Assembly: GCA_963805645.1 (NCBI GenBank)
Contig: CAWDVA010000008.1
Span: 41,748 to 105,747, forward strand
Reading direction: 5' to 3'
Source of the DNA: an uncultured Chloroflexia bacterium
GTDB taxonomy: Bacteria > Chloroflexota > Limnocylindria > QHBO01
DNA: 64,000 nt
Below are positions 56,301 to 64,000 of this stretch, one piece after another; the first letter of the stretch is position 1; each line of letters begins with the position of its first letter. Below the pieces are notes generated by a model. The model was not told the origin of the DNA, made no database searches, and saw only the letters and a list, made by a program, of their open reading frames with translations. The translations under genes were made by a program, and so were the position numbers.

Positions 56301-57122
56301 TCAGAAGCGCGGGTCGCGCCGCCAGAGCTCGGTTTCGACGGCGTCGGTCAGCCGGCTCGCGGCGCGGGTTGCGAATCGGTCGACCAGCCGCGCGAAGAAG
56401 GGCCGCCGGGCATGGACCGGCACGGATCGCGCCGGAACCCCGGCAGCCGCGGCCGCGATCTCGACGGCACGGTCCAGGTCGCCGACCTCGTCGGCGAGCC
56501 CCAGCTCCACCGAGCGGACGCCCAGCCAGACCTCGCCGGTCGCCAGCTCGCGAGCGCGCTCAGGGGCCATCCGGCGGCCCTCCGCCACGCGCCCCACGAA
56601 GGCGTCGTAGTAGGCGTCCACCAGCTCCTGCTCCTTGGCCGCCTCCTCCGGTGAGTCGTCGCGCCAGGGCGCGCCCTGCCCCTTGAGGCTGCCCGCTTTG
56701 GTCTCCTGGACGCGGACGCCGATGCGCTCGAGCAGGCTTGACACGCGGGGCCCGGCGCTGATGACGCCGATGGAGCCCACCACGGCGTTGGGTGCCACCA
56801 CGATGCTGCGGGCGGCCAGTGCGGCGAGGTAGGCGCCCGAGGCGCCGACCCCGCGCACGTGCGCGACCAGCGGCTTCTCCTTCGCCAGCCGGGCGAGGGC
56901 GAGGTAGAGGTAGTCCGAGGCCGGGGCGGAGCCGCCCGGCGAGTCGATGTCGACGACCACCGCCGGCACGTGCCGCGAGCGGCGCGCGCGCGCCACGGTC
57001 TCGACCCACTCCGCGGAGCGCTGGCCGCCGGAGATGGGTCCGTAGAGGCGAACGACCGCGACCCGGCCGGCGGTCCCGGATCGGCGGGCGACGAGGTCCC
57101 GAAGGGTGGTGGTCAGGTTCAT
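56301..57122 (-). CDS. sppA: signal peptide peptidase SppA (S49, 36K type)
   Basis: ORF 56301..57200 trimmed to MNLTTTLRD. DSPGGSA, GASGAYLAA and the K-containing block ETKAGSLKG. Confidence 0.8.
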   Translation of the reverse strand: MNLTTTLRDLVARRSGTAGRVAVVRLYGPISGGQRSAEWVETVARARRSRHVPAVVVDIDSPGGSAPASDYLYLALARLAKEKPLVAHVRGVGASGAYLAALAARSIVVAPNAVVGSIGVISAGPRVSSLLERIGVRVQETKAGSLKGQGAPWRDDSPEEAAKEQELVDAYYDAFVGRVAEGRRMAPERARELATGEVWLGVRSVELGLADEVGDLDRAVEIAAAAAGVPARSVPVHARRPFFARLVDRFATRAASRLTDAVETELWRRDPRF

Positions 57123-57245
57123 CGGCCCAATCGTAGCCGTCCGTTCGACAGATCGCTGGGCGGGCGTCGGCTCGTGGGGTCCCGCCCTCCGGGTGACCAC
57201 GAATGCGGCGGGTGCCCCGGGCCCACGGCCGGCCGGGACGCTGCC

Positions 57246-59069
57246 TCAGTCCGCCTCGGGGAGCGCCTCGGCGGGGGAGCGGCGCGAACGCAGGTCGCGC
57301 AGGGTCTCCTGGTCCATTCCGGCGAGGCGCGGCAGGTCCGCGTTCGTGCGCGACAGCCGCTCGGTCAGCTTGCTGAACACGAGGGTGCTGATCTGCGGCA
57401 CGGCCATGAGCTGGCGGAGCGCGGCAGCGGGGACCTCCATCAGGGTCGTCGCCTTCTCGGCCACGACATTCGCCGTGCGCAGCGAGCCGGTGAGGGCCGC
57501 GATCTCGCCGAAGAAGTCCCCGGCTTCCATGGACGACAGCGCCTGGTACTCGCCTTCCTCCCCGGCGATGCCGGCCACCGTCCGGCCGGAGAGGATGAAG
57601 TACGCCGCATCGCCGACCTCGCCCGCCGTCAGGACGCGGGTGCCCTCGGCGGCATCGGTCACGTGCGACTGGGCGATGAGGTTCCGGCGATCGCGGTCGC
57701 TCAGCAGGCCCAGGGCCGGGACGTAGCCGACGAGGAGGTCGAAGTCGGCCATGGTCGCGGGGCGCATGGCGCCCAGCCCCGGCGCCGTGGGTGCGGCACG
57801 CAGCAGGCTCATGGCGCGCCGCCACTCGGCGGCCGGCTGGCCGAGGCCGGGCAGGAAGTTCGTCCACACCCCGGCCGCGACAAGGAGTGCCGAGGCGAGG
57901 ATCACGAGCAGCCGGATATCGATGAAGTCGGCGAGGCCGGCGAGGCCCATGCCCACGAGGAAGACGACGTCGCGGGTGACGAAGAACGCGCTGTTCACCC
58001 TGCCCCGGAAGTCCCGCGGCGTGTTGCGCTGGATGACGAGCCGCCGCCCCACGCTTGCCGGCGCGTTGAAGAAACCGGAGAAGATGACCAGGCCGATGGC
58101 GACCCCGACGTTGGGCGACAGTCCATAGAAGATGCCGACGGCACCCATCATCACGAAGCCCATGGCCAGCCACTGGCCCTCACGCCAGCGGTCGGCGATG
58201 TTTGCCAGGACGAGGCTCCCGACGACGAAGCCCACGGAGGTCAGCCCTTCCTGCAGTCCGTACTCGAAATCGGTCGCACCCAGCGTCGTCTTGGTGAACG
58301 GGAGCAGCAGCGTGTTCCACAGACCGAAGGAGAGGAAGACCGGCGCAGACACGATGAAGAGCGAGCGCAGGATGGGGGTGGAGAGGAGGAACCCCGTCCC
58401 GGCCTTCAGGTTCCGCCAGACCAGCTCGATGCTCGTGTCCTCCTCGGGCGGCACGTGCCCGATGCGGACGAACCCGATGCAGGCGGCGGACACGGCGAAC
58501 GTCGCCGCGTCGATCCAGAACGCCCACTCGATCGGGAGCGCGCCGGCGATGAGCCCGGCAAGCGCGAAGCCGATGGCGGTTGACCCAAAGCTCGAGATCG
58601 CCATGAGCGAGTTGGCGGCCGCCAGCTCCTCGTCGCTGGCGATCTCGGGCAGGACGCTGTCGTTGGCCGGGTCAAAGAACTGGGTCACCACCGAGGAGAG
58701 CGCGACGAACAGGTAGAGCCAGCCGATCCCCAGGTTCGCGAAGTCCTGGACGACGACGAACGGGATGACGAAGACGATCACGCCCCGCGACGCGTCGGCC
58801 GCGACCATGATCGCCTTGCGGTTCCATCGGTCCACGAACACGCCGGCGACCAGGCCGACCAGAAGGCTGGGTGCCGCCGTGGCGATCAGCATGAGGCCGA
58901 CCGCACTCACGGAGTCGGTGACGCGGTAGACCAGGATGCCCGCGGCGAGCGAGGTCAGCGCGCTGCCGGCCGTCGAGATCAGCTGGGCAGTCCACAGCCA
59001 GGCGAAGCTGCGATTGCGGAAGACCGCGTACGGCGACAGGCTCGGGGCGGGCGCGGGGGGCGCTGTCAC
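57246..59069 (-). CDS. MFS transporter fused to a C-terminal cyclic-nucleotide-binding domain
   Basis: 607 aa with 12 TM helices (FAWLWTAQLISTAGS..., DRWNRK). The C-terminal ~150 aa carry cNMP-binding blocks GD.AYFILSG......GDFFGEIAALTG..RTA.V. Confidence 0.8.
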   Translation of the reverse strand: MTAPPAPAPSLSPYAVFRNRSFAWLWTAQLISTAGSALTSLAAGILVYRVTDSVSAVGLMLIATAAPSLLVGLVAGVFVDRWNRKAIMVAADASRGVIVFVIPFVVVQDFANLGIGWLYLFVALSSVVTQFFDPANDSVLPEIASDEELAAANSLMAISSFGSTAIGFALAGLIAGALPIEWAFWIDAATFAVSAACIGFVRIGHVPPEEDTSIELVWRNLKAGTGFLLSTPILRSLFIVSAPVFLSFGLWNTLLLPFTKTTLGATDFEYGLQEGLTSVGFVVGSLVLANIADRWREGQWLAMGFVMMGAVGIFYGLSPNVGVAIGLVIFSGFFNAPASVGRRLVIQRNTPRDFRGRVNSAFFVTRDVVFLVGMGLAGLADFIDIRLLVILASALLVAAGVWTNFLPGLGQPAAEWRRAMSLLRAAPTAPGLGAMRPATMADFDLLVGYVPALGLLSDRDRRNLIAQSHVTDAAEGTRVLTAGEVGDAAYFILSGRTVAGIAGEEGEYQALSSMEAGDFFGEIAALTGSLRTANVVAEKATTLMEVPAAALRQLMAVPQISTLVFSKLTERLSRTNADLPRLAGMDQETLRDLRSRRSPAEALPEAD

Positions 59070-59158
59070 GCGTGCAGTGTGCGGGAGGCGAGGTTGGGCC
59101 GGCGGCCGATTTCTGCACGAGCGGCGCTGGCGTTGACGGCCGCCCGCATCATGGCCCG

Positions 59159-60724
59159 ATGCAGCGGCGCAGCTGGATCCTGGTGGCAGTGGTGCTCGCG
59201 TCCGGGACCGTGTTCCTGGACTCGACCGTCGTCAACGTCGCGCTCAAGGCGATCGGCACCGAGCTGCCGGCGACGTTCGTTGGGGTGCTCGAGGGCGAGT
59301 CCTACGTCGTCAACGGCTACCTGCTCACCCTCTCCGCGCTGCTGATCCTGGCGGGGGCCCTCGCGGACGCCTACGGGCGCCGGCGGATGTTCATGGTGGG
59401 CCTCACCGGCTTCGGTGTGGCGTCCGCGCTGTGCGGGCTGGCGCCGACCATGGAGCTGCTGATCGCCTTCCGGCTGGTCCAGGGGGTCTTCGGTGCCTTC
59501 CTGGTGCCGACCAGCCTGGCGATCATCAACGCGAACTTCTCCGGGGTTGAGCGGGGCCGCGCCTTCGGCATCTGGGCCGCCGCCACCAGCGTCACGACCA
59601 TCGCCGGGCCCGTGCTCGGCGGCCTGGTGGTGGACCAGGTCAGCTGGCGGCTCGCGTTCCTGATCAACCCGCCGCTGATCGTCGCCGCCCTGGCCGTTGC
59701 CTGGCGCTACGTGCCCGAGTCGCGCGACACGGAGAGCCGCCATCGCTTCGACTGGCTGGGTGCGGTTGCCATCGCCGTCGCGGTGGGCGGGCTGACGTAC
59801 GGCGCCATCCGCGGGCAGCAGTCCCACTGGACCGATGCGAGCGCTTTCGTGGCCCTGCCCATCGGCGCGCTCGCCACCCTCGCGCTCGTGCCGCTGATGA
59901 CCCGCCGCGCCCACCCGCTGGTACCGCCGTTCCTGTTCCGCTCCCGCAACTTCACCATCACCAACGTCTCCACGATCCTGATCTACGGGACCATCTACAC
60001 GTTCGGCCAGTTCCAGGCCATCTACCTCCAGGGAACGCTTGGCTACAGCGCCCTGGCCAGCGGCCTGATCACGATCCCCACCAGCCTGTTCCTGATCTTC
60101 CTCTCGACGCAGATGGGCACCCTGGCGGGCCGATGGGGTCCGCGCCTGTTCATGACCATCGGTCCGGCGCTCATGGCGGTCGGTGTCCTGTGGATGGCGC
60201 GCATCCCCGCCGACAGCCCCGCCTGGCACGCGACCGTGAGCCAGCCCGCCTCGTTGCTTCCGCCGGCCCAGACCTGGGTGGACCTGCTTCCCTCGCTGCT
60301 GGTCTACGGGCTGGGTATCTCGATCATGGTGGCGCCCCTGACGACCGCCCTGATGACGTCGGTGCCCGCACGGAACTCAGGGCTCGCCTCGGCGATCAAC
60401 AACGCCGTGTCGAGGATCGGGCCGCTGCTCGCCGGCGCGGTGATCTTCATTGGCATCACGGCGAGCTTCTACAGTGGCCTGGGGTCGCGCCTCGACATCC
60501 CGACCAATACGCCAGCCGTGCGGGAGCAGTTCCCTCCGCTGAATGTCCCCGACCAGGGATCGACCGCCGAGCTGTCGGCAGCGCGAGCGGCCTCGACCGA
60601 CTCCTACCACCTGGCGATGCTGATCGCGGCCGCGCTGTGCGTCGGCGGCGCGGCGGCGAACGGCCTGGGCATCGTCAATCCCCGACGCGACGAGAACCAG
60701 GAGCCGGCGGCGTCCGGGGCATAG
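59159..60724 (+). CDS. MFS transporter, DHA2 (EmrB/QacA, 14-TM) family
   Basis: ORF 59072..60724 trimmed to MQRRSWILVAV. LDSTVVNVAL, GALADAYGRRRMF and 14 hydrophobic segments. Confidence 0.8.
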   Translation: MQRRSWILVAVVLASGTVFLDSTVVNVALKAIGTELPATFVGVLEGESYVVNGYLLTLSALLILAGALADAYGRRRMFMVGLTGFGVASALCGLAPTMELLIAFRLVQGVFGAFLVPTSLAIINANFSGVERGRAFGIWAAATSVTTIAGPVLGGLVVDQVSWRLAFLINPPLIVAALAVAWRYVPESRDTESRHRFDWLGAVAIAVAVGGLTYGAIRGQQSHWTDASAFVALPIGALATLALVPLMTRRAHPLVPPFLFRSRNFTITNVSTILIYGTIYTFGQFQAIYLQGTLGYSALASGLITIPTSLFLIFLSTQMGTLAGRWGPRLFMTIGPALMAVGVLWMARIPADSPAWHATVSQPASLLPPAQTWVDLLPSLLVYGLGISIMVAPLTTALMTSVPARNSGLASAINNAVSRIGPLLAGAVIFIGITASFYSGLGSRLDIPTNTPAVREQFPPLNVPDQGSTAELSAARAASTDSYHLAMLIAAALCVGGAAANGLGIVNPRRDENQEPAASGA

Positions 60725-60736
60725 CGGGCGACGAGG

Positions 60737-61993
60737 TCAGAAGACGGCCGGGCACCAGGGAGCGAGCGGCGTGCGGAGCAGGGCGTCGCCGCGCCCGACC
60801 GCGCCGGGGGTCTGCTCCGTCACGCGGCCCGCCATCGCCAGCTCGGCGAGGCTGACGCCGCCCAGGAAGACCGCCCCGAGCTCGGCGATGCCCAGGACCA
60901 GGTCCGCGTCCATGGTCGAGCGGTGGACGCCTGCCCCGTCGGGGGTGGCGTCAAGCTCCCAGCGCCCGGCGTTCCAGTCGCAGAACGGGTCGTCGATCTC
61001 GAGCACCAGGCGGTCGCGCCCCGCGTAGCCGCGTCGCTCCATGGCGCCGGGCAGGTCCACGATCCGCAGCCACAGCGCGTCGCCGACGGTCATGCCCAGG
61101 CGTCGTGGCTCAAGCAGGGTGAGCCGCAGCGCGGAGTCCACGGGAACGTTGAAGGCACGGGTGCGCGCCGTGAGGTCCATCGAGAGGAGATAGCCCCACA
61201 GGGCCCGCTCCGCCTCAGGGGTCAGCGCGATGGCCTCCGTGACGTCGACGGCGCCCTTGGGTCCGCGATCGTCCCAGTCCCCGTGGATCCGGTAGCGGGC
61301 GTAGGCGTCCGCCACGCCGTCCGTCTCGTGCACCAGGAAGAAGGCAGGCCCGCCGCCCCGTCGCCAGCGCTCGGGGTCGTGGATGAACTCGGCGCGCCAC
61401 CAGCCGTCGTTGCGCGAGAAGGCGCCGACCCGCATCGGCGCGTAGCGGTCGTACACGGGGCGGCAGGCCTGCGTGGCTTCCTCCGGCTCCACCAGGCGGA
61501 AGCTGCCGGCGAGCGGGCCGCCGTCCGAGAAGACCGCCCGCGAGCGCTCGACGTCGATGGATCCCTTGAACGACGCGAGGCCGTAGCCGAATCGGCCGTA
61601 GATGGCGCCCTCGGATGCCCAGAGGATGGCGATCGGCTCACCGCGCTCGCGAATGGCATCCAGCTGGGCGCGCATCATCGCCGTCAGCACGCCCTGCCGG
61701 CGGTGCGTGGGATGGACGCCCACCATGGTCACGCCCGCGGCGGGCATGGAGCCGCCGGGAATGGTCAGGTCGAAGGTGAAGATCCCGGCCGTGCCCACCA
61801 CGCGGTCGCGGGCGTAGGCGGCGAGGGCCCGATCGAGCTCCGTGTACCCCTCCATCACCGGCAGGTCCTCCTCCACCACTCGATGGCCGAAGGAGATGTC
61901 GACGGCATCGAACCAGTCGTGGAGCGAGCCGTCGAAGGGCCGCACGTCGATCTGCATGCCGGTAAGTATCGGCGTCCGGGGCGGGGTCGTCAT
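60737..61993 (-). CDS. Eis-like GNAT N-acetyltransferase (GNAT + SCP2-like C-terminal domain)
   Basis: 418 aa. V.PTHRRQGVLTAMMRAQL...EGAIYGRFGYG and an Eis-type C-terminal domain. An alternative start is ATG 61957. Confidence 0.8.
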   Translation of the reverse strand: MTTPPRTPILTGMQIDVRPFDGSLHDWFDAVDISFGHRVVEEDLPVMEGYTELDRALAAYARDRVVGTAGIFTFDLTIPGGSMPAAGVTMVGVHPTHRRQGVLTAMMRAQLDAIRERGEPIAILWASEGAIYGRFGYGLASFKGSIDVERSRAVFSDGGPLAGSFRLVEPEEATQACRPVYDRYAPMRVGAFSRNDGWWRAEFIHDPERWRRGGGPAFFLVHETDGVADAYARYRIHGDWDDRGPKGAVDVTEAIALTPEAERALWGYLLSMDLTARTRAFNVPVDSALRLTLLEPRRLGMTVGDALWLRIVDLPGAMERRGYAGRDRLVLEIDDPFCDWNAGRWELDATPDGAGVHRSTMDADLVLGIAELGAVFLGGVSLAELAMAGRVTEQTPGAVGRGDALLRTPLAPWCPAVF

Positions 61994-62177
61994 GGGCCGA
62001 TGGTGACAATTCGCCGACCGTCCGTCTGTCGCCCACGTGACAGGCGGGCGTCAGCCGCCGCTCGGTGGGCTCGGTCCCGTGGTTGATGCCGGTTCGCGGG
62101 AGCGGGCTATCATTGCCGTCGCCCGCTCACGTGCGCCTGGCCGCTCGGCGTGTCCCCCGGAGCGGCTCGGAGGTAGC

Positions 62178-64000
62178 TTGACCCGATTCACCCGCCTTGC
62201 CGTCATCACCGTGCTGATGACATTCGCGCTCGTCGTCGTGGGCGTCGTGGTGCGCTCCACCGGGTCCGGGCTGGGCTGCCCCGAGTGGCCGACCTGCTAC
62301 GGCAGCCTGGTCCCCCCGTTCAACGACGTCCACGCCATCATCGAGTGGTCGCACCGCACCACAGCGGCCGTGGTGGGCCTGCTCGTCTTTGCCGTTGGCG
62401 TGGCGGCCATCGTCTCGTATCGGCGACGCGCCTCGATCCTGTGGCCCTCGCTGGTCGGCTTCGTCCTCGTCGTCTTCCAGGCCGCGCTCGGGAAGGTGAC
62501 CGTTGAGAGCGAGCTGTCCGGCGACATCGTGACGGCGCACCTGGCCACCGCGATGGCACTCCTGGCCCTGCTGATCTACGTGGCGGTGCGCTCCGGGCTG
62601 CCGCCCCGGATCGGGCGGCGCGGGGGTTGGGACCGGCTGACCCTGTGGATGACCGGGACCGCGGCGGCGGTCTACGTCCTACTCCTCCTCGGGTCGCACG
62701 TGACCGCCACGGGGACCGCCCTGGTCTTCCCGGACTGGCCGCTCATGAACGGCACGCCCTTCCCGGGCATGGACGCCTTCAATGCCCCGCACGTGATCCA
62801 CCGCTGGGCGGCGGTGGTCGTTGGCGTGGTCCTGGCCGCGGCGACGCTCATCGCGTGGCGCGCGCGCGAACGCCGGCCATGGGTCGCCCGGCTCACGGCC
62901 ACCGCCGCCGTCCTCTACGTCGTCCAGGCCGTGGTGGGCGGGCTGCAGATCTTCACGGACCTGTCGGCGTGGTCCCAGGTCCTGCACCTCTCGCTGGGAG
63001 CGGCGATCTGGAGCCTCCTGGTGGCCGCCGCGGTGCTGGCCTACTACGCGGCGCGGCTCGAAGCCGAGCCTGCGCCGGCGGCGGCTTCAGAACCCGACGC
63101 CGCGGGCGCGCCGCGCTCCGGGACCTCGGGTGCCGGGATCCTCCGCGCCTACGTGGCGCTGACCAAGCCGCGGATCATCGAGCTGCTGCTGGTCACGACC
63201 GTGCCGACCATGGTTCTCGCCGCGCGCGGCATCCCCTCGCCATGGCTGATGGCGGCGGTCATCGCCGGTGGGACGATGGCGGCGGGCGGGGCCAACGCCA
63301 TCAACCAGTACGTCGATCGCGACATCGACGACCTCATGCGCCGGACCCGTCACCGACCGCTGCCTCGCCATGCCATCGGTCCCACCGCGGCGCTGCGGTT
63401 CGGCATCGGGCTGTCGGTCGTCTCCTTCGTCTTCCTCGCGGTCGCCGTCAACCTGCTGAGCGCGCTCCTGGCCCTCTCCGCCATCGGCTTCTACGTCTTC
63501 GTCTATACGCTGTGGCTCAAGCGCTCGACGCCGCAGAACATCGTCATCGGCGGTGCCGCGGGGAGCGTCCCGGTGCTCGTGGCCTGGGCATCGGTGACCG
63601 GGTCGGTCGGGATCCCGGCGCTCGTGCTGTTCGCCATCGTCTTCTACTGGACCCCCCCGCACTTCTGGGCGCTCGCCCTTCGCTACAAGGGCGACTACGA
63701 GACGGCCCGGGTGCCCATGATGCCGGTCGTGCGCGGTGAGGCGGAGACGGCGCGCCAGATCACCCTGTACTCGCTGCTGCTGGTGGCCGTGAGCCTGCTC
63801 CTGTTCCCCGCGGCGAAGATGGGGCTCATCTACCTGGTCTCGGCGGTGGCGCTGGGGATCGCCTTCGTCTGGTACGCGCTTCGCGTGCAGCGCAACGTGA
63901 CCGACGGGCGGGCCGCCATCGGTCTCTTCCGCTTCTCGATCAGCTACCTGACGCTGCTCTTCGCGGCGGTCGCGGTGGACAGCCTGCTGCGCCTCGGCAT
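62178..64000 (+). CDS. fused heme A synthase (CtaA/COX15) - heme O synthase (CtaB protoheme IX farnesyltransferase); 3' end beyond window
   Basis: Absent from the ORF track because it has no stop inside the window. My translation from TTG 62178 (GGAGG 4 nt upstream) gives LTRFTRLAVITVLMTFALVVVGVVVRSTGSGLGCPEWPTCYGS...EWSHR...HLATAM...IHRW...LHLSLG (CtaA). An Ala/Pro linker follows, then LRAYVALTKPRIIELLL...GGANAINQYVDRDIDDLMRRTRHRPLP...YWTPPHFWALAL (CtaB). Confidence 0.85.
   Translation, partial: MTRFTRLAVITVLMTFALVVVGVVVRSTGSGLGCPEWPTCYGSLVPPFNDVHAIIEWSHRTTAAVVGLLVFAVGVAAIVSYRRRASILWPSLVGFVLVVFQAALGKVTVESELSGDIVTAHLATAMALLALLIYVAVRSGLPPRIGRRGGWDRLTLWMTGTAAAVYVLLLLGSHVTATGTALVFPDWPLMNGTPFPGMDAFNAPHVIHRWAAVVVGVVLAAATLIAWRARERRPWVARLTATAAVLYVVQAVVGGLQIFTDLSAWSQVLHLSLGAAIWSLLVAAAVLAYYAARLEAEPAPAAASEPDAAGAPRSGTSGAGILRAYVALTKPRIIELLLVTTVPTMVLAARGIPSPWLMAAVIAGGTMAAGGANAINQYVDRDIDDLMRRTRHRPLPRHAIGPTAALRFGIGLSVVSFVFLAVAVNLLSALLALSAIGFYVFVYTLWLKRSTPQNIVIGGAAGSVPVLVAWASVTGSVGIPALVLFAIVFYWTPPHFWALALRYKGDYETARVPMMPVVRGEAETARQITLYSLLLVAVSLLLFPAAKMGLIYLVSAVALGIAFVWYALRVQRNVTDGRAAIGLFRFSISYLTLLFAAVAVDSLLRLG

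Noticed and set aside
62627-63739. 370-aa plus-strand ORF and several overlapping ORFs at 62.1-63.7 kb
   Set aside because: They are out of frame with the CtaA-CtaB reading frame, which gives an unambiguous heme A/O synthase translation but is missing from the track because it has no stop in the window.

Overview
Very GC-rich bacterial chromosomal segment, with Actinobacteria- or Chloroflexi-like coding style and the long spurious antisense ORFs typical of such genomes. I support about 59 protein-coding genes or pseudogenes. I saw no rRNA or tRNA genes, CRISPR arrays, transposases, integrases or prophage genes. Left to right, the window contains: a group-1 [NiFe]-hydrogenase small and large subunit pair (the large subunit runs off the 5' edge) with an upstream ferritin-like gene; a GH3/phosphoesterase/sirtuin/DmpA block; a panB-panC-DUF2520 pantothenate operon; a Ca2+/H+ antiporter; a long minus-strand supercluster at 16-31 kb, described below; a cytoplasmic HtrA-like protease coupled to a zf-UBP protein; an HxlR regulator with a class III nucleotidyl cyclase; a VanY-like peptidase; an ArsR-SRPBCC regulator; a Ni/Co-type transporter with a divergent Fur-family regulator; a large LTD-ExeM/NucH extracellular nuclease with a nuclease-less paralog; an ABC-2 exporter; a luciferase-like (LLM)-UbiA fusion with a CPBP protease; a CFA-synthase/DUF427 block; a tryptophanase-family lyase; SppA; two MFS transporters, one fused to a cNMP-binding domain; an Eis-like GNAT; and a fused CtaA-CtaB heme A/O synthase that runs off the 3' edge. 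The most interesting region is 16-31 kb. It holds six tandem paralogs of an output-less, sensor-like polytopic membrane protein. Four are intact and joined by ATGA overlaps; two are decayed by many single-nucleotide frameshifts. Next to them lie a fused PP2C-phosphatase/anti-sigma-kinase gene with two STAS genes, and an AfsR/SARP-type STAND regulator with a 3' frameshift. Five copies of one promoter-like element tie the cluster together: direct hexamers 11 bp apart, followed after 9-10 nt by a -10-like hexamer. All family calls come from reading the translations, with no searches run. Hand-counted motif coordinates may be off by 1-2 nt.
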